Positions 29,858 through 42,500 of a DNA stretch of 64,000 bases are shown one piece after another. The stretch lies in IMG/VR virus record IMGVR_UViG_3300034018_003010; one strand, written 5' to 3'. The stretch is from a virus. The notes beneath the pieces were generated by a model that saw only the letters and a list, made by a program, of their open reading frames with translations, did no database searches and had not been told where the DNA came from. A program made the position numbers and the translations under genes. Position 1 is the first letter of the stretch, and each line of letters starts with the position of its first letter.

Positions 29858-30889
29858 ATGAAAAATAAACTTAAAATTTGTGTTATTTCAACAACAGTAA
29901 TACCTTGTCCTCCTTCTGGATATGCTGGATTGGAAATGATTAGCTGGCAGTGTGCCAATGGTTTAAAAAATTTGGGACATGAAGTTCTTTTAATTGCCCC
30001 AAATGGATCTAAAACAGATACAGATTTGCATGAAACTACTCTAAGAGAAAGAGAAAGATATGCATATTATGGGTATAAAGACAGACTTAAAAACTATGAT
30101 GTAATTATTGATCATAGTTGGGAGAAGTGGTCTTATATTTCAAAGATGACAGAAGGCTTGAAGGTGCCTATTTTGGGTGTTCTTCATGCTCCTGTTCATA
30201 CTATGTACAACGAGTCTCCTCCTGTAGAAAAGCCGTGTTTTATTACAATTAGCAACGATCAAGGAGAAGGTTGTAAAGAACATTTAAAGTCAGAATTCAG
30301 AACAGTCTATAACGGTGTTGATGTTGATTTTTACACAAATAAAAACAAGAAAAGAAACGACAGATATCTTTTTCTAGCAAGAATTAGCACAATTAAAGGT
30401 CCTCATATTGCTTGCAATGTGGCGTTATCTGCAAAGGCTAAGCTAGATGTGGTTGGCGATGACACCCTAACAGGCGAACCATCTTTGGTTGAAGAAGTAA
30501 AGAGGGCTTGCAATCAATATCCTAATCTTAGGTATGTTGGTCCCCAAAGTAGGGAAGAGTGTGTTCAATGGTTTAATAAGAACAAGACTCTTCTACATCC
30601 AAACGAGCAGTTTAGAGAGCCTTTTGGATTGGCTCCAGTAGAGGCGCAACTTTGTGGAATGCCTGTTATTGCTTGGGATAATGGTGCAATGAGAGAAACT
30701 GTAAAGGTTGGCGAGACTGGTTTCTTAGTTAAAACACAACAAGAGATGTTAAGTCTTGTTAAAGAAGATGCAACGGCAAATTTAAAAGCCAGTCGATGCC
30801 GAGAATGGGCAAGTCAGTTCTCTTATCAAAACATGGTTAATCGCTATGAAGAAGTTTGTTTTGAAGCTATTGAAACAGGGGGTTGGTAA
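29858..30889 (+). CDS. glycosyltransferase family 4
   Basis: PPSGYAGLE, VYNGVD, ARISTIKG, EPFGLAPVEAQLCGMPVI. Confidence 0.92.
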   Translation: MKNKLKICVISTTVIPCPPSGYAGLEMISWQCANGLKNLGHEVLLIAPNGSKTDTDLHETTLRERERYAYYGYKDRLKNYDVIIDHSWEKWSYISKMTEGLKVPILGVLHAPVHTMYNESPPVEKPCFITISNDQGEGCKEHLKSEFRTVYNGVDVDFYTNKNKKRNDRYLFLARISTIKGPHIACNVALSAKAKLDVVGDDTLTGEPSLVEEVKRACNQYPNLRYVGPQSREECVQWFNKNKTLLHPNEQFREPFGLAPVEAQLCGMPVIAWDNGAMRETVKVGETGFLVKTQQEMLSLVKEDATANLKASRCREWASQFSYQNMVNRYEEVCFEAIETGGW

Positions 30890-31903
30890 GTGCAGGCATA
30901 TTTTACTTGTGATAGAATAGGCGCAGAAACAGGCGGTGGAATTGTTACATTCCACGAATATAATGCTTTGAAAGAAATGGGAGAATTAAAACTATTCAAC
31001 CCAAATCCAACTGCAAATCCTTTTGAATCTGATGAGCTAACTGCAAAAGAAGACTTTTCAAATATAAAGTTAGCGCATTTTTATTCGGGTACTTTTTCAG
31101 AAACTATAAAAAAATTAAAGGACCAAGGAACAAAAGTTGTTTATACAGCCGCTGCACATGATCCAGATTTAAGCAGGCAAGAATTTGAAGCTTTAGGAAT
31201 CCCCTATGATCTTCCACATATGACAGATAAAAATTTATTTAATAAGTATATAGAAGGATATCTTTTAGCAGACTTGGTTATATGCCCTTCAAATCATAGT
31301 AAATCCATAATGGAAAAGTTTGGATGCAAAAATGTAGCTGTTATTCCTCATGGAATACATTCACAGAAAAATAAAATAAAGCCAAAGCCAAAAACTTTTG
31401 TCGTCGGATATTTAGGACAAATAGGACCAGATAAAGGCTTGAGATATTTAATAGAAGCGTGGGCAAAGTTAAATTATAAAGACGCAGTGTTATATTTTGC
31501 TGGTGCTCAATCTCCTGATTTAATACATCTTATAAGATACTTTAAAAAAGGCAATTACAATATATTAGGATGGGTAAATAATATTGCAGATTTTTACAAC
31601 TCGATAAGTGTTTATGTTCAGCCAAGCGTAACAGAAGGATTTGGAATCGAAGTTTTGGAAGCCATGTCATATGGAAGACCAGTTATATGTTCAAATGGTG
31701 CTGGATCTTCTGATTGTGTAAATAAATGTGGAATTGTAGTTCCAAAAAGATCTTCTGATATGTTGGCTTATGCCATAGAAAAATATAAAAACAATGAAAT
31801 TCCTTCTGAAGATGATTGTATTTCAAATTCACAATTATATTCATGGGAAATAATTAGACAACAATATAAAAAGGCGTGGGATTCTTTGCTGGGGGTCCAA
31901 TAA
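30890..31903 (+). CDS. glycosyltransferase family 4
   Basis: ICPS, VIPHG, DKGL..LIEAW, PSVTEGFGIEVLEAMSYGRPVI; GTG start directly after the upstream stop. Confidence 0.92.
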   Translation: MQAYFTCDRIGAETGGGIVTFHEYNALKEMGELKLFNPNPTANPFESDELTAKEDFSNIKLAHFYSGTFSETIKKLKDQGTKVVYTAAAHDPDLSRQEFEALGIPYDLPHMTDKNLFNKYIEGYLLADLVICPSNHSKSIMEKFGCKNVAVIPHGIHSQKNKIKPKPKTFVVGYLGQIGPDKGLRYLIEAWAKLNYKDAVLYFAGAQSPDLIHLIRYFKKGNYNILGWVNNIADFYNSISVYVQPSVTEGFGIEVLEAMSYGRPVICSNGAGSSDCVNKCGIVVPKRSSDMLAYAIEKYKNNEIPSEDDCISNSQLYSWEIIRQQYKKAWDSLLGVQ

Positions 31904-31904
31904 T

Positions 31905-33542
31905 ATGAGTTATACCTTACCATTTGTAGGAAATGTTCTTGAGCTTGGCGGAGGAACACAACCTGTTTTTAGACCGAATCTTGATGTAAGAGCGGCAGAA
32001 AATGTAGATATTGTTGCAAATTTTGAAGAAACACTTCCTATTGAAGACAATTCGTATGAAAACATATTTAGCAAATTTTGCATAGAACATATTTCTTGGA
32101 GAAATGTTAAAAAATTTGTAAAGGAAGTTTACAGAATACTAAAAAACAACGGCAAGGTTGTTTTCATAACAGCAAATACAGAAAACCAAATGAAATGGGT
32201 TTTAGAACACGATGAATGGGATGATGATTGTTCCTGCATAATATTTGGAGATCAAGATTATGCTGACAATACCCACAGAAATAGTTTAAACCCAAAACAT
32301 GCGATTAAAATTTTGTCAGAAGTCGGATTTGAAAGCATAATTGTTTTACCTTTTGGAGAATTGAGAACAGACATGATCATAGAAGCAACAAAGCCTGAAA
32401 ATGCACCTACACAATCACAAGAAAGAAAATCTCTTTTTGATAAGCACTACTTTAATGGCGGTGGCAAGGTAGGCGGATATGCATACGAAGGATATTGGGA
32501 CTATCCAATACATTGGGTAACTTACGAAAAGATCATGGAATTAGAACCTAAGTCTGTTTTGGAAGTTGGATGTGCTAGGGGATACATTCTTAAAAAACTT
32601 GAAGCTGAAGGAATTCCATGCAAAGGTCTTGAAATTTCAAGGCATTGCTATTTAACAAGAGTTACAGATGCCGTAATGGAATGGGATATTTGTCAATTTC
32701 CTTGGCCATTTGAAGACAAGCAGTTTGATGTTTGCTATTCAATTGCTGTAATGGAGCATATTCCAGACGAATTTATTCCTAAAGTTTTAGCTGAAATTGA
32801 CCGTGTAAGCCATCGTGGAATTCATGGTGTAGATTATGGCGAAAATGATGATGGCTTTGACAAAACCCATTGCTCTTTACATACCGAAGAATGGTGGCTT
32901 GAAAAAACGCCTCCTACTCAAAAGCCTGTTGATAAAGAACTTATGGAACAAGGAAGTCTAGCTTTATCAATTCCATCTGGAGATGGCTCATTAAAGCTAA
33001 ATCTTGGAAGTTTTACAAATATGTACCACAATGGATGGATTAATATAGACATTGTTCCATTGCAACAATTTGCACAACAACATCAATATAAGTTTTTACA
33101 ACACGATTTTAAAAATCAATTACCATTTGGAGATGCTCAGGTTGACCTTATTTATAGCAGCCATATGCTTGAACATCTTACAAAAGAAGAGGGTATTTTG
33201 CTTTTGAGAGATTGTTATCGAGTTATGAAGAGCGGATCTGTAGCCAGATTCTTGGTTCCAGATGCTGAAAGACTTATAAATATGTACAAAAATAGCGAAC
33301 TTGGAATTTTTGATGAAATCAACGATGGTTGTGAGAAAACACCTTTCCAATCTGGCAAGCTTTGGGAACTTTTATTCTCTGGACATAAGATCGCTTATGA
33401 TTTTGAAGCATTGAAATTAATGGGCGAAGATGCTGGATTTAAAGTTGAAAAAAAGAACTTTAATGAAGGGCATGAGCAAATACTAAAAGAAACTATGGAT
33501 TGTCTACCAGAGATTAGTTTAATTGTCGAATTTAAAAAATAA
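31905..33542 (+). CDS. triple-domain SAM-dependent methyltransferase
   Basis: Three motif-I and post-II sets: VLELGGG..FCIEH, VLEVGCARG..VMEH, LNLGS..HMLEH. Confidence 0.85.
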   Translation: MSYTLPFVGNVLELGGGTQPVFRPNLDVRAAENVDIVANFEETLPIEDNSYENIFSKFCIEHISWRNVKKFVKEVYRILKNNGKVVFITANTENQMKWVLEHDEWDDDCSCIIFGDQDYADNTHRNSLNPKHAIKILSEVGFESIIVLPFGELRTDMIIEATKPENAPTQSQERKSLFDKHYFNGGGKVGGYAYEGYWDYPIHWVTYEKIMELEPKSVLEVGCARGYILKKLEAEGIPCKGLEISRHCYLTRVTDAVMEWDICQFPWPFEDKQFDVCYSIAVMEHIPDEFIPKVLAEIDRVSHRGIHGVDYGENDDGFDKTHCSLHTEEWWLEKTPPTQKPVDKELMEQGSLALSIPSGDGSLKLNLGSFTNMYHNGWINIDIVPLQQFAQQHQYKFLQHDFKNQLPFGDAQVDLIYSSHMLEHLTKEEGILLLRDCYRVMKSGSVARFLVPDAERLINMYKNSELGIFDEINDGCEKTPFQSGKLWELLFSGHKIAYDFEALKLMGEDAGFKVEKKNFNEGHEQILKETMDCLPEISLIVEFKK

Positions 33543-33567
33543 AATATATCAAAATTTGGTATTCGAT

Positions 33568-33575
33568 AATAAATA
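33568..33575 (+). promoter_or_regulatory. late promoter-like AATAAATA, 6 nt before ATG
   Basis: TAAATA at 33570-33575, then TTAATT-ATG; no SD. Confidence 0.6.
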
Positions 33576-33581
33576 TTAATT

Positions 33582-36500
33582 ATGCTAGGCGAATACCCAC
33601 AAATATCATTTAGAGTTCGACCCAAGTTTGATAATTTATATAATTATCCATTACCTGGAACTGATAGGGACCTTTTATGGTATCAACTATCAAAAGCCAC
33701 GGTTTGGGTAGATTATGTACCTTATGCAATGAAACAAGGAGATGAGTTTTCTCTTTATGGATGGCAAGCAATAGATGTTTACACAAGATATATTCTCGAA
33801 ACTCCTTACAAAGATAGAATATTAGAATGGACTTATTTTGGAAACCCTGTAGATTTACCAACAACAGCAAGAATAATATCAGATTTGCCAGCTCCATTTT
33901 GGCTTGTAAATACTAATTACGATTATCAAATACCGATTTCTGGGGGAGCAGCGCCTCTAACATGGTCTATTGCATCTGGATTTCTTCCATATGGAATGTA
34001 TTTAGACGAAATAACAGGAACTATTTATGGAACTCCAGCAATTGCAGACATATATGCATTTACAATAAAGGTAAAAGACAGTTCTCGTCCTCCAGCAATA
34101 GACAGCAGACCGTATTTAATTAGTATTGCTTCTGGCATAATAACGCCAACAGTTTATGAATTTCAAACATCAAACACCACTGCTTCAATATCTGGTGGAA
34201 TTTTAGCAAAATCTACCGCTGGAGATATTGTTTCTTTTTCTCCATTATATTCCACAACAACTCCGTCATCTACAACTATTAATGTTGGCGGAGTGCCTGT
34301 TTTTACAGCAACACATGATGCTTCTTACAATGGAACAACATTTACATTTATTCATAATGGCGTGTCTTATACTGCGACATGGGGATCGACAAATAATTTC
34401 GGAATTGTAACAATTTTAAATACTGGAGTTCCACAATCTATACCAGGTGGAATAACAGCAACAGGAATTGCTACAAATACATTGGCATACAGTCCGACAA
34501 GTGCTACAACAGGCGTTTCTTCGTCTACAGATATAACTATTAATGGAATTCCAGTATTAAACTTAGCTCACGATGCTATTTATAATGGTCAAACACTTAC
34601 ATTTGACTATTTTGGAGTGAAATATACTGCTACATTTGGAACAACAAATAATTTCGTAGGTCCAAATTTAACATACACAATAGGAGCAACAGGAGTTGCA
34701 GAATCTGCTCCTGGTGGAATAACAGCAACTGGCATCGCCACAAATTCAATAACATACACGCCGACAGCATTAACAACAGGAACTCCTTCCAGCACAATTG
34801 TTAATGTAGATGGCGTAAATGTTTTAACTTTAGCTCACGATGCTGTTTATAATGGCCAAACATTTACATTTGACTATTTTGGAGCCACCTACACAGCAAC
34901 TTACGGAATAACAAATAATCTACCAGCCGCTCCTGTAACATATGTAATTCCAACAACTGGAGTTGCAGGATCTGCTCCTGGAAATATTACAGCGACTGGA
35001 ATTGCTACAAATTCTATTTCTTATACTCCAACAAATACAACTACTGGAACTCCTTCTACAACAACAGTAACAATAGGCGGAGCAACTGTTTTAACTTTGG
35101 CTACCGATGCTATTTATAATGGACAAACATTTACATTTGATTATTTTGGAACAACTTATACTGGCACATTTGGAACAACAAATAGCTATCCAACACCTGC
35201 TACAACTACAACAACACCAGTTGCTGCAACTGCTACAATTTCTGCCACTGGCGTTCCGCAAACAATTCCAGGAAATATTACAGCAACTGGAATAATTGGC
35301 AATACCCTTACATATGCTCCAAACACTACAGTAACAGGCGTTACATCCAATACAACTGTTGTAATTGGAACAACAACAGTATTAAGTCTTGCACATGATG
35401 CTATTTATAATGGACAAACATTTACATTTGACTATTTTGGAACAACTTATACTCCAACATTTGGAACAATTAATACATATTCTGCAATACCGACAACTAC
35501 AACTACAACAAGCACAACGTATTCTCCGCCTACAACAACTACAGCAAGTCCTGCTACTACAACAAGTACAACGACAGTTTCTCCAATAACAACAACTACA
35601 ACTACTACAATAGTTCCAACAACAACTACAACTACTACGATAGTTCCAACAACAACTACAACTACTACGATAGTTCCAACAACAACTACAACTACTACAA
35701 TAGTTCCAACAACAACTACAACTACTACAATAGTTCCAACAACAACAACTACAACTACTACAATAATTCCAACAACTACAACTACATCTACTACATCTAC
35801 TACATCTGCTCCTACAACAAGTACTACTACTACAAGCACTACATCTACTACTACATCTACTACCACAAGCACAACTACAAGTACCACAACTACAACAACA
35901 ACTACTACAACTACCACACCAATTCCTTTGTGTTTATCAGATACAGAATCAGTAGTAGTTCTTAATTTGTTTGGACAAAAAGTATACACATTCGGAGGAT
36001 TGCTTGGATTCTTTGGTGTAAACACTGGTGTATATGTATTTACAGATGTTCCATCAACAGAACCACTTGCCTTCTTAAATGCTTCTGTAGCAAATGCTTC
36101 CTACACAGGAACAGTATTGGAATCTGTTGCTGCAGGCCCTGATGGAAACGTTTACAACTTCTACTCTGGCACAGTTACTTTGACTGTCACAGGAACATTC
36201 AATAGATTAAGCTATGCATCTCTTTATGATGGATACATGGGCGGACAAGACAATATTACATTCACAACATATTGTGTTTCTCCAACCACCACAACCACAA
36301 CTACAACTACAACAACCACCACAACAACTACCACCACAACCACAACTACAACAACTACACCGGCTCCAACTACAACAACTACAAGTACAACAACCACTAC
36401 TTCTGCTCCAACTACAAGTACAACAACTACTACTTCTGCTCCAACTACAAGCACAACAACCACTAGTACAACTAGCACTACAAGCACAACAACAACAACT

Positions 36501-39500
36501 GAACCTCCGTTCTATATGTTTGCAACTGGTTTCAATGGTTATGGAACGCTTGCTCAAAGCAATACAACAAATTCAAATGCTCTTCTTTATATTCCATCAA
36601 ATGGAACAGGATGGGCAGATATTTCTCGTTCTCCAGTAGCAAAACACGCTGCTGGAATAGCAGTAGACGGATCTTTGTTTGTGTGGGGCGCTAATGCTTA
36701 TGGAAACATAGGAGATGGTTCTAAAACAGATGCTAGTTCTCCAGTTCAAACATTGGCTGCTGGAACCAACTGGTCTTCTGTTTCAACTGGACTTTGGTTA
36801 ACAGCAGCTATTAATTCTTCTGGAAACCTATGGGTTTGGGGCGCAAATGCTTATGGTCAACTTGGAAATTCATCAACAACAGATCTAAGTTCTCCAATAC
36901 AGCTTGGAACAGATACTACATGGGCAAATATATCTTGTGGATATCAGTTTATGTCTGCTGTAAAAACAGACGGCACACTATGGTCATGGGGTAGAAATCA
37001 ATATGGTCAGCTTGCAACAAATAGCATAACAGATGCTACCTCGCCAGTACAATCAGTCTCTGCATCTACTGACTGGTATGAAACATATGCTTCTAAAGAA
37101 TTCATAATTGGACTAAAGAAAGACGGAACACTTTGGGGTTGGGGAAGAAACTCATATGGACAGCTAGGAACTGGAAACAAACTACCAGTATCTTCGCCAG
37201 TTCAAATAGCAGCAGGATCGACATGGAGTTCGGTATCTGTTGAGTCTGCATCTGTTATAGCAGTAAGAAGCGATAACACATTATGGTCATGGGGAGATAA
37301 CTCTAGTGGTCAATTTGGTAATGGAAATAGAGTAAATGTAAGCTCTCCAATACAAATTGGAGTAGATACAAATTGGTATAGAGTTGGAACTTCTCAAAGC
37401 GCAGTATTTGCTGTAAAGAAGGATGGAACACTATGGTCTTGGGGCGGCAATGCTTCTGGCGAATTGGGCGATAAGACAAATATAAATAGAAGCAGTCCTG
37501 TTCAAATATGTGTATACAATATAGCAACAGAACTAGATTGGGCAAAAATTGGTTCTGCTCAATCCACAATGTATTTGTTGAAGGAAACGATGCCTGTTCC
37601 AACAACAACTACTACTACAACAACTACAACCACAACAACTACTACAACAACTACAACAACTCCTGCTCCGACAACTACCACAACTACTACCACAACAACC
37701 ACTACAACAACCACAACAACGAGCACTACAACAACCACAACTACAAGCACAACCACAACTACATCAACTACAACTCCTGCGCCTATGAATGGCGGAGCAT
37801 TGTGGACATGGGGTTCTGCTCAAAACGGATCTATGGGAGATGGAACAACAGTTCACAGAAGCTCTCCTGTTCAAATTGATGCAAATAAAGTATGGACATC
37901 TGTAATTCCAAGTTCCTCCAACTATAACCTAGGTGTAATAAAGAACAACTACACTCTATGGGTGTGGGGTAGAAACAGCTACGGACAACTAGGATTAAAT
38001 TCAATTGCTGACGCAACAACACCAACAGAAGTTGGCGGATTGTGGTCACAAGCAATGTTTGGATTTAACTTCATGTTAGGAATTAAACTAGATAGCACAT
38101 TGTGGGCATGGGGAGATAATCAATATGGAACAACTTGCACAAATGTTCCAACAAGCACCCCAATTCAAATAGGAACAGAAGCTGCATGGTCTAGCGTATC
38201 TGCTGGAGGAAGCCATGCTTGCGGAATTAAGTCCGATGGAACACTTTGGTCATGGGGCTTGAATGCATGGGGTCAATTAGGACTTGGAGTATTGGGAAGC
38301 AAGCAAAGCCCTGTCCAAGTTGGATCGAATACAACATGGTCTACAATTGCATGTAATCTAAACAACACATTTGCAATTAAGACAGATGGAACATTGTGGG
38401 CTTGGGGATGGAACCTAAATGGTGAATTAGGCTTAGGAGATGTAAAAGGAAAATCTTCGCCAACCCAAGTTGGAACAAATACCACATGGTCAAGCGTAAG
38501 AGCAGGAATATCTAACTCATTGCTAGCAGTAAAGAGCGATGGCACACTATGGGGCGCTGGCAGACTTTATACTAACAATTCTGTTATAAACAGAAGCAGT
38601 CCAGTTCAATTTGGAACAGATACAAATTGGTCTAAGGCAGTTTCTCTTGGAGATAACACAATAGGTGCTATTAAGAGTGATGCCACAATGTGGACATGGG
38701 GCGTAAATGATGATGGAGCAGTACTAGGAACAAACAATGTATTTGATACATCTTCTCCAGTTCAAACAGCCGCAACAAATTACACATGGCTTGATATAGA
38801 TGGATATCTATCTGTTGCTGCTATTTCTGATCTAGAAATAACCACAACAACTACAACAAGTACTACTACTACAAGTACTACAAGCACAACCTCTACAACC
38901 TCTACAACTTCTACAACCTCTACAACTTCTACCACACCTGTTCCTGCATACTTGTATACTACTGGCAATTTTGGAGGATCAGCTTTCCAAAATGATATAG
39001 TTCTTAGAAGCAGTCTAACACAAGTAACATTAGGATCAAATACATGGATTGCAACAGGAACAGGATATATTCAGGGGTGCATGTTCGCAATAGACACACT
39101 TAATAATTTATGGGCTGCTGGCTATAACACTGGATTTGGCAATGCAGGAAAACTTGGAGATGGAACAACCATTAATAGAAGCAGCCCTGTTCAAATTGCT
39201 GGTTCTTGGAACCAAGTATCTGCTAGTCAGAATTCTGCAAGTGCAATTAAAACAGATGGAACACTTTGGGTTTGGGGACAAAACTCTTATGGAACAATAG
39301 GAGATGGAACAAATGTTAATAGAAGCAGTCCTGTTCAAGTATACGGTGGCGGAACATGGACATCTGTGGCAACTGGCTATACAACAACATGGGCTATTAA
39401 GAATGATGGAACACTATGGGGATGGGGAGACAACGATAGCGGAACTCTTTTAAATAAGCCCAGCACACTTAGCCCTGTTCAGCTTGATACAGGATCGTGG

Positions 39501-42500
39501 AAATATATTTACGCAGGAAGAAAATTCCACTTTGGAATAAAACAAGACGGAACATTGTGGGGTGCAGGCTCAAACAGCAACGGACAACTAGGTATTAATA
39601 ATTCGTTCAACACAAGCACTTTGACACAAATCTCAACTGGCGGAACATGGGTAAAAGTTTTTGGAAACTATGATAGTTCAATAGGCTTAAAAACAGATGG
39701 AACAATATGGGCTTGGGGATATAACCGAGTCGGAGTATTTGGAAATAATACGGAAGGACAAAGTGTAAGCAGTCCAGTTCAATCTATTGGAAGTGGCTAT
39801 GTTGATATGAATGGAAATTATGGTGGTGTTGCAGCAATCAAGAGTGATGGAACACTTTGGGCATGGGGATGGAACTCAGAAGGACCATTAGCAGATAAAA
39901 CAAAGGTTCATAGAAGCAGCCCTGTTCAAGTATACAAATTTGGAACAAGTGAAAACAGTTGGGTTAGACTTGGTTCTAGTATAAATGGAGTAACAGCATT
40001 TTCTTCTATAGTTCTTGCTCCTACAACTACAACTACAACTACAACTTCTACAACTACAAGTACAACCACTACAAGCACAACGAGTACAAGCACAACAAGC
40101 ACAACAAGTACAACACCTATTCCTGGCGAATTGTGGCTATGGGGTTCAAATGCAAATGGTGCAACATTACAGAACACAACAGCTGGCAATTCAACTTCGC
40201 CAAAACAAGAATTTACAGCTGATATTACATGGAAAACACCAACTGTAAATAGTGTTCTCACTCTTCCAATCGGAGCATGTATAAAGCAAGATGGAACACT
40301 TTGGACATGGGGTAGAAATGACTTCTATCAACTAGGTACAGGAAATACAATAAATAGAAGCAGTCCAGTTCAAACAGCAATAGGAGGAACAAATTGGGCA
40401 TCAATAGAATTCGGAAGCTCTGCAGCCTTTGCACTAAAAACTGATGGAACTCTATGGGGCTGGGGTAGTAATGGTTATTCTACTTTACTACAACCAAGCA
40501 CATTAACGAATCTATCAACCCCAGTTCAAATATTATCAGGAACAACATGGTCACAAATTGCATGCGGTTTAAATTTTGTTCTTGGTATAAAACCTGGAAA
40601 TACTTTATGGGGATGGGGTCAAAATTTCTATGGTCAGGTTGGAGATGGAACAGAAATAGACAGAAGTTCTCCAGTACAAATAGCAGGATCTTGGAGTTAT
40701 GTAAGCTGCGACTCTGACTCGTCTCTTGGTATCAGAACAGATGGAACACTATGGGGATGGGGTAAAAACAATCCTGGAAAACTCGGGAATATGTCAGAAG
40801 TAAATGCAAGTTCTCCAGTTCAAGTCATTACTGGTGGAACATGGAAAAAAGCTATAGTTATAAGTGAAGTAGCTGCGGGAATAAAAACTGATGGCACTTT
40901 ATGGCTATGGGGGCAAAATTTCGCTGGAGCACTTGGACAAAACGACAAAATTCACAGAAGTTCTCCAGTTCAAGTTATTACTGGAGGAACATGGAGTGAT
41001 ATTGGAATGGGTGTATCTGGTTCCATATGTGGCATAAAAACAGATGGAACATTGTGGGCTTGGGGATGGAACTCATACGGACAAATTGGCGATGGAACCA
41101 CAGTACATAGATCTTCACCAGTTCAAACATTGACAAAAGATAAACTTTGGATGAGACTGCTAAATCAAACATCCACATACGCTGGAGCTATTAGGCAATA
41201 CACTCCTTATGCTCTAAATTATGATGTAAGCACAGCAAGTGTCTCCAATACAACAATTGCAGATATTTCTGGATTAGAAAATAATGGCACAATGACATCT
41301 AGCGCAATGTTTAATCTCGGATGTCCAAATACACTTGGCTTCGATAGCACAAGAGAAATAACAACAACAATTTCTCAAAATAATCCGCAAGTTTACACAT
41401 TGTCTGCTTGGTTTAAAACAACCAGCGCAAGCGGCAAAAAGATTATTGGACACGAAAATGTTCAAACAGGTACTGGAGCCACAAGCTACAGTAGACATCT
41501 TTATATTGGAACAAATGGGCAGCTTTACTTTGCCACATCTGCAAATGGAGCAGGTTATACCATAACATCTTCAACCATAGTTTGTGATGGCGCTTGGCAC
41601 CATGCTGTAATATCTGCAAAATCAGGCGCACAAAGATTGTTTATTGATGGTGTGCTTGTTGGAAGCGATACAAAATCTACCGCAAACCCAGTAGGAGATA
41701 ACAATCCAACTGGCTGGTGGAGAATAGGTGGCTACAAAATAACTGGATGGGCAAACGCTTCGGATGGATACTTCACAGGCGATATAGGAAGAGCCGTAGT
41801 TTACAAGAATGCTTTGACAGATTTAGAAATAACAAGCCTATACGCTGCAGAATTGCCACTATTCAATGTAGCCAAATTTAGCTACACGGGAAGCTTGCAA
41901 ACATGGACAGTTCCAAGTGGAGTTTACAACATCGACGCAACCATAATAGGTGCTAAGGGTGGAGATAACACCACAGGAGGATCTGTTGGTGGTGGTGGCG
42001 CAATCATGTATACAAATATAGATGTAACGCCTGGTCAAACTCTATACTTGGTAGTCGGCGGATATCCTGGCACTAGCGAAACACCTGCTTATGGATTTGG
42101 TGGTGCTGGACAAGCCCCATCTTCAGGACTTCAAAGAACTGGCGCTGCTGGCGGTGGCTTATCTGGCATATTTACAAGTGATTCGTTCATTCCAAGCACA
42201 GTCATAGCTATAGCTGCTGGCGGTGGTGGTGCAAACGGCAGATCATCTGCTACTGGTGGTGGAAACGGTGGCAATCCAACCGGCAGCAACGGTGGAGAAT
42301 ACAATGGCAGCTTTGGAGCAAATGCTGGTTGGGGCGCAAATCAATCACAACCCGGAAACGCCGGTTCGCAATTTGACGGATATGTAACACTCCCACAACA
42401 AGGAGCATATTTGTATGGCGGTGCAGGATCGAAGTTTGAAGGCACCGGCGGAGGAAACCAAGGTGCAGGTGGCGGCGCAGGCTACTACGGTGGCGGTGGT

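Noticed and set aside
35600-35760. 30-bp tandem repeats (also about 56700-56810) as a CRISPR array
   Set aside because: Head-to-tail with no unique spacers, in frame within coding Thr tracts, and no cas genes.
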